From: Ignavibacteriota bacterium
GTDB taxonomy: Bacteria > Bacteroidota > Ignavibacteria > UBA10030 > CAVZMI01
Assembly: GCA_963776275.1 (NCBI GenBank)
Contig: CAVZMI010000028.1
Coordinates: forward strand, 1 to 64,000
DNA length: 64,000 bases
Direction of reading: 5' to 3'
The position numbers and the translations under genes were made by a program. Below are positions 23,482 through 34,236 of this stretch, one piece after another; positions within the stretch are counted from its first letter, which is position 1, and each line of letters opens with the position of its first letter. The notes below the pieces were generated by a model. The model was not told the DNA's origin. It saw only the letters and a list, made by a program, of their open reading frames with translations, and did no database searches.

Positions 23482-24620
23482 CTACCGTGATGGAGAATTC
23501 AATCTTTCCTTGTATTCGGACGGGGTTATTCCTGTAGACTTTTTAAAGATGGAGTTGAACGTCCCTTTTGATTTGAATCCGGAATCGAAAGCTATGCTGA
23601 GCAGGTTATAACGCTCACTCTCCGGATCCGCCAGACGGTTCTTAAATTCCTCCACGCGATACTGATTGACAAAATCGTAATACGATTGGTGCAGCCTGGT
23701 GTTGATGACCTCGGAGAGATTGTGGCTCGACGTTTTCAACCGCTCGGCGAGCTTCTGCAGCGTAAAGTCCTGGTCGAGATAGGGTTTGTTCGATATCATC
23801 AGGGCGAGCAGCCTGCGCTTGATTTCTTCGGCGTTCTCATCGCTCAATCCGCTCTTCTTGTACTTGGCGGCACCCTCGCTTCGCGGGGAAATTGAAGACG
23901 GATCAAGGAATATCTCCGGCTGTCTCAAACCCATGTAACCTATCGAATAGATGAGTATGGAAAGGGGAATATTCAACAATGCGTCAATATGGGAGAGAGG
24001 CGGCATGACCAGTTCGGCGACAGTGATAAACGCAACGATTGACCAGATAATGATCATCCCGAGAATGAGGTACTTCAACCAGTTGAGATTGATAAGGTCG
24101 ATATTGGAATAGGAATCTTTGATGCTCCGGTTGTACTCTGCAACGGTCTTGATGGTAAGAATGGTATAGGTGATCCCCTGTATCGGAACGATAGCTTCAA
24201 AGATCGTAAAGATGGGGGGATGAATATTCAGGAACATGTTATTCACAAACGCGATCTTCTCTTCACCACTATAGAAGAAGATCGGAGCAGTAATACAATA
24301 GAAGGCAAGAATTGGGGTAAAGTGCAGAAGCTCGATTGCACGCAGCCGCTCTTCCTTTTTAGAGATGAGCTTTATGTATAGAAAAAAGAGGGCTCGTAGA
24401 GATACGGGAAGGGATACGAAAATCCCATTGCATGGGGAAAAAGCTTATACCATCCTTTGGAATAGTAGACCACGGTGGCAAGTTCGACCGACAGAGCAAG
24501 CATCGCCACAGCTAGAACCAGGTTGGCGGCGTGGTTTTGCTTTTTTGTAAACAGAAATGCGGAAAGCAGTACGCCTTGCAATGCGGCCAGGAGGTAGAAG
24601 GTTTCAAAGGCTTCGTTCAT
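23482..24620 (-). CDS. Membrane-anchored AraC-family regulator (frameshift near 24392)
   Basis: C-terminal KPYLDQDFTLQKLA...FVNQYRV...IAFDSGFKSKGTFNSIFKK. The N-terminal TM helices lie in ORF 24372..24620. Confidence 0.88.
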
Positions 24621-24689
24621 TATCTAGGCAATTTGAATCGCTATTAGTGGTCTCATCCTCATGTATAAGTTAATTATGAAAATCAAATA

Positions 24690-25120
24690 TTACAACTATG
24701 TTTCCCCTAAAAGCCATCGAAACAAGAAAAGCGATATCTAAATTAGGTTGGCGTGTATTCCGTGTGCAATAACATAAAATAAAACACCGCGGTGGAAGTG
24801 TACGGCATATTTGAAAAATATAACACCACTGGTATAAAAGACGATTTACGGTGCTGTGTCCCATTTTTTAGATGAATAATTGTAGGGTCACCGCCACAGA
24901 GTACCCAGAGAACATTAAACAATGCCATTTTTGAGGTCACAAAGTATAAATTCTTCTTCGTGTCCTCAATAAACTGCATTTTAATATGAACTTTGTGTCC
25001 TTTTGCGCCGGAGGCACGCCTACGGCAAAGCCTTCGGCGTCCGTAGGCGCATGCGCATTCCTGTCCGCCGGCTGTATGGCGGATGGCGCAGTGTTTCCCT
25101 CAACAGCCATTGAAAAAAGA
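24690..25120. repeat. Dispersed intergenic repeat family (cacagagtac...ctttgtgtcc inverted ends)
   Basis: Near-identical copies at 27830-28650 (about three in tandem), 32310-32403 (partial) and 51425-51672. Confidence 0.85.
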
Positions 25121-25169
25121 ACCTTAAACCTTAAACTGTACTGGTTCAGCGGAAAATGGAATTACAGCT

Positions 25170-26162
25170 TTATGAATTAAGGTGTAACGCATAACTTGAA
25201 ACGCAGCTGGTGGAGTGTTGTTGGATTCTATTGGCTCTAGCTTGATATAATTTTTCATCACGTTCTTTGAGACGACTATTGATTCTGTTGACCAAGAAAT
25301 CTTCTGGGGTCAGGTAATACAACGAGCTATGAAGACGATGAGTGTTGTAATATTCGACATAGGTGGCAACCTGTTGTCGAGCATCGTTCAGATCAATGAA
25401 GCTTGATGTTCGAAGACATTCTTCACTGAGCGATCGATGAAATCGCTCGATCTTGCCATTACTCTGAGGATAGCCGATTGATGTCCGTGCATGTTGTAGA
25501 CCTCGTAACCGTAAGAATTCACCAAACTCCTTTGCAATAAACTGGGTCCCATTGTCCGAAATAATCCGTGGAGAGACCCCGGGGAATTTTTCCAAAGCAC
25601 GTTGGAGAGTTAATTGTACATCAAATTCTTGCATCGATAGACGAAGCTCGTGATGGACAATATAACGAGAAAATCCGTCGATGATGCTCGTGAAGAATAA
25701 AAATGTTCCAAGAAAGTTTACATATTTGATATCGATATGCCAATGCTCATGGGGCCTTGTCGGTTGATCAAATCCTTTCTTTTTCGGGTTCTTTGGTGTT
25801 GTATTCCACATATTAAACAGATCTGTTGTTTTCAGCACACGATAGGTACTCGACGGACTGACGGCAACGACATTTTCATCGAGCATCATATAGGCCAAGC
25901 GGCGATATCCTTCTTCGGAATGAGAGCTGTAGTATCGAATAATTGCCTCTCGTTCCCAGGGTAAAAGCCAGTGTTCTTTGACTATGCTACCATTGTGATT
26001 ATTGGCTTTCCCACAACGATCGACCCAGTCATAATATTTGCTGGGTGATATGCCGATCCAGCTTAGAAGTCTCTGGATCGATATATTCGATCTTTGATGT
26101 ATGATCTGAACGTATTCGATGACACTATCACGTATGTCCATGTCGACCCAACAATCGTTCAA
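25170..26162 (-). CDS. IS3-family transposase OrfB (rve/DDE)
   Basis: WHIDIKY, IISDNGTQF, PQSNGKIERFH, YNTHRLHSSL. Confidence 0.95.
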   Translation of the reverse strand: MNDCWVDMDIRDSVIEYVQIIHQRSNISIQRLLSWIGISPSKYYDWVDRCGKANNHNGSIVKEHWLLPWEREAIIRYYSSHSEEGYRRLAYMMLDENVVAVSPSSTYRVLKTTDLFNMWNTTPKNPKKKGFDQPTRPHEHWHIDIKYVNFLGTFLFFTSIIDGFSRYIVHHELRLSMQEFDVQLTLQRALEKFPGVSPRIISDNGTQFIAKEFGEFLRLRGLQHARTSIGYPQSNGKIERFHRSLSEECLRTSSFIDLNDARQQVATYVEYYNTHRLHSSLYYLTPEDFLVNRINSRLKERDEKLYQARANRIQQHSTSCVSSYALHLNS

Positions 26163-26467
26163 TTGTCGCCAGTGAGACTTTTTTTTAACCGGATGTTGTC
26201 CTCGACAAGCTCAGCAATGAGCTTATCCTTCGCTTTGAGTTTTTCGGTGAGGCGATCAGCGGCTCGTGTCTCTGCTTTGGATTGTTTCTCATGTTTTCGA
26301 GCGAAGGTGTCAATCGCTCCTTCGAAAAGCTCTTTTTTCCACCGATAGAGAAGGTTGATGTGAACTCCATATTTTTCACCTAACTCGCTCAGTGGAACAT
26401 TGTTTTCCAAGTGTTCCCGGAGAATAATAACTTTTTGTTGGGCCGATATCTGTTTCCGTTGGTTCAT
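26159..26467 (-). CDS. IS3-family transposase OrfA (HTH)
   Basis: HTH (SELGEKYGVHINLLYRWKK) and coiled coil; A8G slippery site in the -1 overlap with orfB. Confidence 0.93.
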   Translation of the reverse strand: MNQRKQISAQQKVIILREHLENNVPLSELGEKYGVHINLLYRWKKELFEGAIDTFARKHEKQSKAETRAADRLTEKLKAKDKLIAELVEDNIRLKKSLTGDN

Positions 26468-26574
26468 AGGTTCTCCTTTGGCTTCTATCTTAATTTAATT
26501 GCCAAAAAATCCATTTCCAACTGAAGCAGAATAAAACCTTCAACCTTCAACCTTCAACATCTCAACTCTTGTAT

Positions 26575-27648
26575 TCAGAGCTTTATAAATTCAACCCTCC
26601 TGTTTTTTGCCTTATTAACGGCAGAATCATTAGCTGCTATCGGTGCCGATTCTCCTTTGCCGTCGGTATCGATTCTCCCGGCATCAATACCAAATTTATT
26701 TACAAGTTCATTTTTTACCGATGCACTTCTGCGTTTTGAAAGGTCGAGATTCGAGGCTTCATCACCATCCGAATCTGTATGGCCGACAATTTTTATCCGG
26801 ATAGTGGGATTATCCTTTAATATACCTGCGATTTCTTTGAGTGTAGAATAAGACTCGGGTTTTACTTTATCGGAATTGACATCGAACTGAATTCCGTATG
26901 AAATAATTTTGCCCTCTTTCAGCAATTTATTTCTCATGTCGGGCAAACCGGCGGCAATCCTGAAATTGCCGATGATCGGATTGGCATCATCGGTTGTTTC
27001 AATGCGGAAGATATTATGCTTATAACCGGACTGTAAACCACGCGGTACATCCAGGACTTTTGTCTCATTTGCATAGAGCCGCACCCGTTGTTTCTGGATC
27101 CAGAAAGCAATATGGTATTTCTCCACAGATTTGAAGGTATACGTAACAGATCCCTTGTCTCCCTGCCATTCGCGTGCTTCGGACCAGTTATTCCAAAACA
27201 CATTATCATAGTCAGGATGCAATTTCATGCCGGCCTGGCCGGGTTGCGCTCCATAGCCAGGACTGCTCAGTGTACCCGACAATAGAAAGAAATCAATGCC
27301 AACCATTGTTTCACTGTTAACGACATTCATTGGGACTATGTCGAACTCAACAGTAAAATTGTCTGTAAAGTCTTCGCTTGCGTCCGGGATATAATAGCCG
27401 GCTTTGGTGATTTGAAACCACCTGCCCGGGAACTTCGTTGAGGTCACGATTTCGCCGCTTCCGTTGGTTAACCATTGTGCCGGAAAATCGCCCACATTTT
27501 CTGCAGTGAAGTCATTATAAAAAATGATTTTTTCCCCGGGGATGAAGTCGTATTTGGAAACAATGTAATTGTTTTCCTGTGCATACGTCACACAAGTAAG
27601 AAATCCTATACATGTAAGTAACAGGGAAAAGAAAATATTTTTTTTCAT
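26575..27648 (-). CDS. OmpA-family protein
   Basis: Signal peptide; GIQFDVNSD, VGHTDSDG, NLDLSKRRS, KNRRVEF. Confidence 0.92.
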   Translation of the reverse strand: MKKNIFFSLLLTCIGFLTCVTYAQENNYIVSKYDFIPGEKIIFYNDFTAENVGDFPAQWLTNGSGEIVTSTKFPGRWFQITKAGYYIPDASEDFTDNFTVEFDIVPMNVVNSETMVGIDFFLLSGTLSSPGYGAQPGQAGMKLHPDYDNVFWNNWSEAREWQGDKGSVTYTFKSVEKYHIAFWIQKQRVRLYANETKVLDVPRGLQSGYKHNIFRIETTDDANPIIGNFRIAAGLPDMRNKLLKEGKIISYGIQFDVNSDKVKPESYSTLKEIAGILKDNPTIRIKIVGHTDSDGDEASNLDLSKRRSASVKNELVNKFGIDAGRIDTDGKGESAPIAANDSAVNKAKNRRVEFIKL

Positions 27649-27685
27649 AATGGTCTTCTTTCTGATGTTAGTAAGAGTATTAGGT

Positions 27686-27778
27686 TAGACTCCACAAATT
27701 TATATTAATTTTAGGAGGAAAGGAAGCTTATTATTTGTAATAATCCTCTGCATATTGCTTTAGACGGAGTTTTGGAGT
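27686..27778 (-). promoter_or_regulatory. 93-bp duplicated promoter-like segment, copy 2, 38 bp upstream of the OmpA gene
   Basis: Matches 6588-6680; TAAATTTG on the minus strand. Confidence 0.7.
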
Positions 27779-27829
27779 GAATATAGTTGATGCGAATAGA
27801 AATTCTTCTTTATGCAGGAAATGTATGGC

Positions 27830-28650
27830 GTTTTATAAAAAATATAACACCGCTGGGATGAAAGACGATTTACGGTGCTGCGACCCATTTTTTATATGAA
27901 TAATTGTAGGGTCACCGCCACAGAGTACTCAGAGAACATTAAATAATGCTATTTTTGAGGTCACAAAGTATAAATTCTTCTCTGTGATCTCACGAATAGC
28001 CATTTTTATAGTACTTTGTGTCCTTTGTGTTTACCTCAACAGCCTTTGATAAAAGAAAAGCGATATCTAAAGAATAACCACAGAGTACACAGAGAACATC
28101 GAATAATCCTATTTTCGAGGTCACAAAGTATAAATTCTTATTCGTGTCCTTAAAAACTGCCAACGTATTAGTACTTTGTGTCCTTTTGCGCCGGAGGCAC
28201 GCCTACGGCAAAGCCTTCGGCGTCCGTAGGCGCATGCGCCTTTGGCGCAGTGTTACCCCTAAAAGCCATTGAAAAAAGAAAAGCGATATCTAAATTAGAT
28301 TGGCGTGTATTCCATGTGCAATAACATAAAATAAAACACCGCGGTGGAAGTGTATGGCATCTTTGAAAAATATAACACCGCTGGGATAAAAGACGATTTA
28401 CGGTGCTGTGACCCAGTTTTTAGATGAATAATTGTAGGGTCACCGACACAGAGTACCCAGAGAACATTAAACAATGCCATTTTTGAGGTTACAAAGTATA
28501 AATTCTTCTTCGTGTCCTCAATTAACTGCATTTTCATATGAACTTTGTGCCCTTTTGCGCCGGAGGCACGCCTACGGCAAAGCCTTCGGCGTCCGTAGGC
28601 GCATGCGCCTTTGGCGCAGTGTTACCCCTAAAAGCCATTGAAAAAAGTAA
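27830..28650. repeat. About three tandem copies of the dispersed intergenic repeat, with different nested hairpin inserts
   Basis: Unit cacagagtac(a/t/c)cagagaacat...gaggtcacaaagtataaattc...ctttgtgtcc...agccattgaaaaaag. Confidence 0.85.
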
Positions 28651-28888
28651 AGTCGATCCATGCCACGCCCGGAAATTGCATGATGATACTAAAGTACTGT
28701 CGTCCCCCCTGAAGGTGGTCCTCCGGTGGATGAATCTACCATATTATTGATTCGTGAGACACACCATCATAAATCACTGAACTCAAATTCTCAGCCAAAG
28801 ATTATTATGACGCTCTTTTGACATTTCCATGACAACTCTCATGTGAGTGTTTAGCATAATGTAAACAGAACAATAAAGGAGGGTCGCT

Positions 28889-29515
28889 ATGAAACCGAAA
28901 AATTGTACAATCCCAATTCTTATTCAGTATATTTCCAATATTATGGTATTCTTCGCCTTGATTTTCTTGCTCAATCCCCGGGAACTTCTTGCGCAGGAAA
29001 GCAGTAGGAATGCCAATGTTAATCCGGGGGCTCATATTGTCATTCGAATGACCACCGGGGAAGAAGTCGAAGGTGTATTACTCTCGGTTCGACAAAACGC
29101 ACTGGTCGTTGCCGCATTGGAAGAGATTGAGGACAAAGATAGTTCGGAAATAATGAAGTATGTCCGTCTCTTGAGCACAAATGATATACAAAAGGTGATT
29201 GTTCAGGGGGAATCGAAAGTACTCAAGGGAATGGGTGGGGGGTTGCTTTGCGGTTTCATTGTGGGTGGAATGATCGGGCTTGCTGGCGGTGATGACAAAC
29301 CTGGTGGCTTATTTAGTATGACTGCAGGTCAGAAAGCCATGGCTGGCGGGATGGGACTTGGTGTAGTTGGAGCAGTAGTAGGCACGGTAGTCGGTGTGGC
29401 ATCATCGACGGCTGACAAAACTATAGATCCTCTTCCTGGCCGGGATTTCTCGGTATTGAAGGTTTTGGCTCGATATAAAGATGTTGAACCACTGTGGCTT
29501 CAATTAATGCAATAA
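28889..29515 (+). CDS. Hypothetical exported/membrane protein with glycine-zipper helices
   Basis: Signal-like N-terminus; GxxxG-rich hydrophobic segments; GGAGG RBS. Confidence 0.7.
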   Translation: MKPKNCTIPILIQYISNIMVFFALIFLLNPRELLAQESSRNANVNPGAHIVIRMTTGEEVEGVLLSVRQNALVVAALEEIEDKDSSEIMKYVRLLSTNDIQKVIVQGESKVLKGMGGGLLCGFIVGGMIGLAGGDDKPGGLFSMTAGQKAMAGGMGLGVVGAVVGTVVGVASSTADKTIDPLPGRDFSVLKVLARYKDVEPLWLQLMQ

Positions 29516-29534
29516 TCCGGAGAAAGGAATTCCT

Positions 29535-30608
29535 ATGAAAGACACTTTTAAGAGGTCGTTGTTTTTCGCTTTTTCTTTTGCTCTCCTCTCGGGCGGGCCC
29601 TTAGCTCAGGACAGCAGCAGGATTGTGATCTTGAGTCCGCGGGTCGGCCCAAAGATCGACAAGGCAAAATCCGATTACTTCAGGCTCTTTACAAAGATCG
29701 AAAATTTCGAGAGTGCAGAATTCCGACAGATAACAGACAGCACATACTGCGCACATATAATTTTGAAAGGTAAAGATGGTTCCGAAAGAGATAGCATTAT
29801 CAATTATGATAAAATGAGCGTGCTCATAATGGTGGAAAAGATCAACCATTTTGAAGAACTTGCGGGCGGGGCCTATATCATGGGAACCGATCCGCCAAAA
29901 TTGCGGTCTGTCTCTGACTCTCAATTGAATCCAACCGACAGATCGCGGGTGAGTCGCCAACCCGCTACTTGGAATTTTATTCCGAATCGGCTGCCTCTTG
30001 CACCCGATTCGATCGATGAGCGTCTCATCATAGACTATCCGAGGTCGGGTTTTGGGATTGGCGCCTCATCATATTCAACTGACTTCACCGGACTGCAATC
30101 TATCTGCAATGTGCTGGAAGATACATACAACAAAAAAGGTCGTTCAATAAAACATTACGAGACTTCTTTCGGTTCTTCAGCGCTCTTATGGCTAAATTTC
30201 AAAATCGAGATATCAAATGCATTCGCTCTTAGCCTGGAAGCTGGAACACAACTCAGCGGCGATGTGGATTTTAAGGCAGCTTCTTTCTCGTTGTTATACA
30301 CGATCCGTGATTTGCCCCTGAGTTATTTTTATCCCTACGTCGGTGTGGGTATCGGACATTATCGCATATCGACGGAACTACACTACGGAGAGAGCATCGG
30401 CAATGGTGTTCTGGAGGGCATATATGTCGATGCAGCCAATATTGGTTACAATTTTACTGCCGGTATTGAAACCGGCACAAATGTGATCTGGAATATTTAT
30501 GCAGGTTATCTGTACGTCCCAGTCATGAATCAAACATATACCGGAATAGATACAAAACTAGATATCAGCAGTGCCGTCCTCGGGGGCCGGGTGACGATCT
30601 TTTTTTAA
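29535..30608 (+). CDS. Hypothetical outer-membrane protein with a C-terminal beta-barrel
   Basis: Signal peptide; YPYVGVGIG strand; ends in aromatic FF. Confidence 0.7.
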   Translation: MKDTFKRSLFFAFSFALLSGGPLAQDSSRIVILSPRVGPKIDKAKSDYFRLFTKIENFESAEFRQITDSTYCAHIILKGKDGSERDSIINYDKMSVLIMVEKINHFEELAGGAYIMGTDPPKLRSVSDSQLNPTDRSRVSRQPATWNFIPNRLPLAPDSIDERLIIDYPRSGFGIGASSYSTDFTGLQSICNVLEDTYNKKGRSIKHYETSFGSSALLWLNFKIEISNAFALSLEAGTQLSGDVDFKAASFSLLYTIRDLPLSYFYPYVGVGIGHYRISTELHYGESIGNGVLEGIYVDAANIGYNFTAGIETGTNVIWNIYAGYLYVPVMNQTYTGIDTKLDISSAVLGGRVTIFF

Positions 30609-30645
30609 GAATAATATTATAGAAACTAATTATGGAGAAAGAACA

Positions 30646-32238
30646 ATGTCTAAATTCTCGATATGGAAAATCGCGGTAGTTTTTGCCGCTGTTCTCTTCA
30701 ACGATGGCTGTGCGGTCACCAAAAGAATCACTCTACGGTCTGAAATTAGTGATCCTCTTGAGACAGGTCCATTAATGATCCTGACGAAAGATAGCTCTCT
30801 TTATAAGCTGACGAACTACAAGTTGATAGATTCTACAATAGTGGGGGTTGGCAGTGTCAGTAAGCGAGGGACGACTCAGAAGTTCGACGGAAAATTAAAG
30901 CTGTCGGAAATCGGCTACATCGAGGCTCAAAGCTTAAATGGTTACAAAGGATTGCTGACGATTGCGTTTGCCGGATATTTTATAGGATTGACGTTAAGTA
31001 GTTTCACTGGTGATGAAGGACTCTCTCTCCAGACGAGGATCAGATATCCAGGGGGTTCCGGAAATTCGTGTCCTTTCATCTACAGCTGGGATGGAAAGAG
31101 ATATTATATGGAAGGTGAGGCATTTGGAGTTGGATTAGGGAAGGCGCTGGAGGTGACGACGTGTGTAGTTCTTAATTCTATAAAGGAAGATCAGGGGAAA
31201 TTGGCGGTTCGCCTTACAAATGAACGGCCGGAAACACATCATTTTAATGTTGTGAAGCTGGTTGGCGTTGAATGCGACACGAATGCGCAAGTATATTCCG
31301 ACGCCAATGGAATTCTCTGGCCTGTCTATGTACAAGCTTCCCCCATACGTGCAGAGGATAATTCAGGACGAATAATAATGGACGATATCTCATACCGGGA
31401 TGGCAACTATTGGGAGTCCAATTTTCCGGAAAATGGTATGTCATCGGATTTCCGGGATGCAATCGATCTTACCATTGTCAATTCGAATCATGCCAATGAG
31501 GGATCAATTATAATTCATGCCGTGAACACACGCCTCTCGGAAAGTGTCTTCGACAATATCTTATCGTTCCTCGGTGATGAGTCGCTCGCATTTGTCAATG
31601 CGACGGAGCATGACCCGGTAATGATCCGCATCCTGAAAGAATGTTTGGAGGAATCGTCACTGAAAGCGTATATCTTCAATGGTTCGACGTGGGAAAACAT
31701 CGGTGTCATCTATCCGGAAGCCAACAATGTCCAGTTCTCGAAGCTTATCCGGTTGAAGATTCCCCGGCAAATGTCGGACACGATACGGATCAGGTTGACG
31801 TGTCTGGCCGACGTATGGAAGATTGATGCCGTTGGCGTAGATTGGACTCCCGTTACTCCTCTTAAGCAAAACATAGTACCACTGCTGTCGGCCGTGGGGC
31901 CTCGAGGCGAAGATTTGCGGCATGTGCTTCGAGCATCCGATGATGAGTATGCAGTGCTCTTTCCACCTGATATGATCAACCTGAAATTCAGGGCATCAAA
32001 TCCGGTGGAAGGGAAGAAGACAGCGTATGCAATATATGTCGGAGGTTACCTCTATGAATGGCCATCGGGCAAAGGCAGCGACGCACTGAAAGCCTTGTCG
32101 CCAATGATCAGTAAGGAGATGAAAATACCGTATCTCAAGACATTGCTACAAAACAAGTCGATCTTTCTGCCGGTGATCTACTCCGAGTGGAGAAAAAAGC
32201 GGTTCGAACTATTAAGCACCGGTTGTACGGAATATTAG
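30646..32238 (+). CDS. Hypothetical lipoprotein with an SCPFIYSWDG motif
   Basis: Lipobox-like NDGC; SCPxxYxWDG...ETHHF module. Confidence 0.7.
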   Translation: MSKFSIWKIAVVFAAVLFNDGCAVTKRITLRSEISDPLETGPLMILTKDSSLYKLTNYKLIDSTIVGVGSVSKRGTTQKFDGKLKLSEIGYIEAQSLNGYKGLLTIAFAGYFIGLTLSSFTGDEGLSLQTRIRYPGGSGNSCPFIYSWDGKRYYMEGEAFGVGLGKALEVTTCVVLNSIKEDQGKLAVRLTNERPETHHFNVVKLVGVECDTNAQVYSDANGILWPVYVQASPIRAEDNSGRIIMDDISYRDGNYWESNFPENGMSSDFRDAIDLTIVNSNHANEGSIIIHAVNTRLSESVFDNILSFLGDESLAFVNATEHDPVMIRILKECLEESSLKAYIFNGSTWENIGVIYPEANNVQFSKLIRLKIPRQMSDTIRIRLTCLADVWKIDAVGVDWTPVTPLKQNIVPLLSAVGPRGEDLRHVLRASDDEYAVLFPPDMINLKFRASNPVEGKKTAYAIYVGGYLYEWPSGKGSDALKALSPMISKEMKIPYLKTLLQNKSIFLPVIYSEWRKKRFELLSTGCTEY

Positions 32239-32511
32239 AACACGAACCTTATCGGCAATATATAGGTTGAGCCGGCAGTCGCTGGGTGAGGGGGATACAG
32301 TTGAGGCGAAGAGAAATTCTTCTTTGTGTCCTCTACTATTGCCATTTCAATAGTACTTTGTGTCCTCTGTGTTTCCCTCAACAGCCATTGAAAAAAGAAA
32401 AGCCGATTAACACCCTCGCTCAGGAATTGCGTGATGAATGAGTGCGACTACCGCCGATTCCGTTTTTTCTATATATACCGTATATTGAGTTTAAACTAAG
32501 AGATAAAATAA

Positions 32512-32850
32512 ATGTACATCTCCAAATCAAAATATCTCTCCGGACTCCAGTGCCATAAACTTCTCTGGCACTATTATAATGCAAAAGACCTGATCCCTGA
32601 GGTCGATGCTGCAACTCAGGCTATTTTCGACCAAGGACATCTGGTGGGGGAATATGCAAAAAAGCTCTTCCCGGGCGGCGTTGAAGTCTGCAAGGGGATT
32701 TTTGATATCAAGGAAGTAATTCATAAATCAGTCCCTGCTTTAAAACTACGTAAACCTCTCTTTGAAGCAGCTTTTACATATAAAAATGCTTATGCGCGAA
32801 TGTTTCATCCGGAACAGGCAGTACAATTCACAGGCAATGAAAGAATCTGA
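32512..32850 (+). pseudogene. 5' fragment of a DUF2779-type (PD-(D/E)XK-like) protein, truncated at the island edge
   Basis: MYISKSKYLSGLQCHKLLW...FDQGHLVGEYAKKLFPGG...LFEAAF...YAR, after which similarity is lost. Family members are much longer (from memory). Confidence 0.7.
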
Positions 32851-32927
32851 CTGTGCAGGTGAAAATGAGCGTCTCCCGAAGGGGCGTCAGTAGGCACATT
32901 CAACTTATGGGAGAGCAAGAATTCACT

Positions 32928-33818
32928 TTACCATCGGTATCTTTTACCATCAGGCGTGAAATGATCAGGATCATGATGGGAGGAATCGGGTTCTGGTCTG
33001 CTCTGTCGGTTGTAATCTTGTCTAATCCATATTAAGCTTAAGGTAGTGTTGTATGCTTTTAGAGGGATAACTTCCTCGTAAAGAAAGCACTTACTTCCTA
33101 TAATGTAATCTTCTAGCCACGCAACACCAGCCACTGTCTCTGGTTCTGACGGTGTAGCGCCCTTGTTAAAGTAGTCGTTTGCGCAAGCAAACTCATGAAG
33201 CGGAGTTCCTTTTCCCTTTATTCGATATGGGAAGCTCGGATTAACTGCAAACCAGTTTACTTTCTCATCCTTTGAGGCTATTATTGCACAAGGTGTCTTA
33301 CCGAGTTCAACATATCTAATTGCGGTAGCAGTTAAACTTGTTTGGAATTCATCAGCGATTTTTCCGATTTCCTTCAAGCTTGGTGTCTTATTAGCACAAA
33401 AAGTTCTGAAAATGTCAGTTGGCATTAGCAATTCAACCGCAAAAGCATTCGCCTCTTGCTCCTCATCTGATTTCTTATACCATTCTAGGAAAGATAACTC
33501 GGTACAAATCTCAATAGGAGATTTCTTCCGGTGTAGACCAAAATGTCCAAGCTCGTGGGCTATGGCAAACCTCTTTTTTCCGAGTTCAGGTATTTGCTTG
33601 TTGACAGTAATGATCCCGGTTTCCCCTATGGAGACGATGCGTGCTGCTGAACTAATGTTAGGTCTTTCAATAATAATCACATTCAAATCCGCAGCTATGT
33701 CTTCTATGTTGATATCTAAAGGATGACGAATGTTCCACTTGGAAATGATAGATCGAGCATGCGCGATCGCTAGAGTATCATGCATCCGGCTTGTCATCAT
33801 GTATCTCCGATTGCTCAT
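32928..33818 (-). CDS. IrrE/ImmA-family zinc metallopeptidase
   Basis: RFAIAHELGHF (HExxH), EQEANAFAVELLMP, IADEFQTSLTATAIRY HTH, GAF-like tail. Confidence 0.92.
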   Translation of the reverse strand: MSNRRYMMTSRMHDTLAIAHARSIISKWNIRHPLDINIEDIAADLNVIIIERPNISSAARIVSIGETGIITVNKQIPELGKKRFAIAHELGHFGLHRKKSPIEICTELSFLEWYKKSDEEQEANAFAVELLMPTDIFRTFCANKTPSLKEIGKIADEFQTSLTATAIRYVELGKTPCAIIASKDEKVNWFAVNPSFPYRIKGKGTPLHEFACANDYFNKGATPSEPETVAGVAWLEDYIIGSKCFLYEEVIPLKAYNTTLSLIWIRQDYNRQSRPEPDSSHHDPDHFTPDGKRYRW

Positions 33819-34224
33819 CCTTCGTACCGAGCATTCTCAATGCCTCTACATCATTTAGAATATTTCGTAGATCATCTTCGCTGAGAGATTCTAACTTATG
33901 GAACGCAAGCTGGAGTTGTTCATCTCCAGCCGCAAGCTCTTTCAATTTCTTAAATAATGTCTCTTTTGTTTCATGACCAGTTTCCTTACTGAAGTTCACT
34001 AATGCTTCAATCATTCTTTTTCTTTTCTCACGAGCAAGGACGGTGCGTTGTTTCCGTTCAATATCTCCAATGAATTTTAATCCATCTTCGACGAGCTCAT
34101 CATAATTGTAGTCATTCTCACTTAGAATATCCTTCACCTGCTCTGGATTATTTTCAACATCGGAGTAAAGGAAATGCAACAGATGATTGATGATTATTCC
34201 GTATTTATTTTTTTCTTCTTGCAT
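33778..34224 (-). CDS. Hypothetical helical protein, candidate anti-sigma and protease substrate
   Basis: 148 aa, acidic and helical, between the sigma-like and IrrE genes; C-terminal QLAFHKLESLSEDDL. Confidence 0.7.
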   Translation of the reverse strand: MQEEKNKYGIIINHLLHFLYSDVENNPEQVKDILSENDYNYDELVEDGLKFIGDIERKQRTVLAREKRKRMIEALVNFSKETGHETKETLFKKLKELAAGDEQLQLAFHKLESLSEDDLRNILNDVEALRMLGTKDEQSEIHDDKPDA

Positions 34225-34236
34225 GTGATTTTTGTT

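Larger units (their letters stand above)
25137..26533 (-). mobile_element. IS3-family insertion sequence, 1397 bp, copy 1
   Basis: Imperfect IRs TATTCTGCTTCAGTTGGAAATGGA / TGTACTGGTTCAGCGGAAAATGGA; 4-bp target duplication AAAC; same proteins as copy 2. Confidence 0.95.

Noticed and set aside
27830-28750. Short ORFs in the repeat family (28295..28537, 28538..28750, also 24743..24979, 24986..25180, 51599..51802)
   Set aside because: Frames are not preserved between copies and inserts disrupt them, so they are translations of non-coding repeats.
27684-32400. Integron cassette array (GTTAGAC core-like site, orphan genes)
   Set aside because: No attC inverted cores and no intI gene; a single 7-mer is expected by chance.
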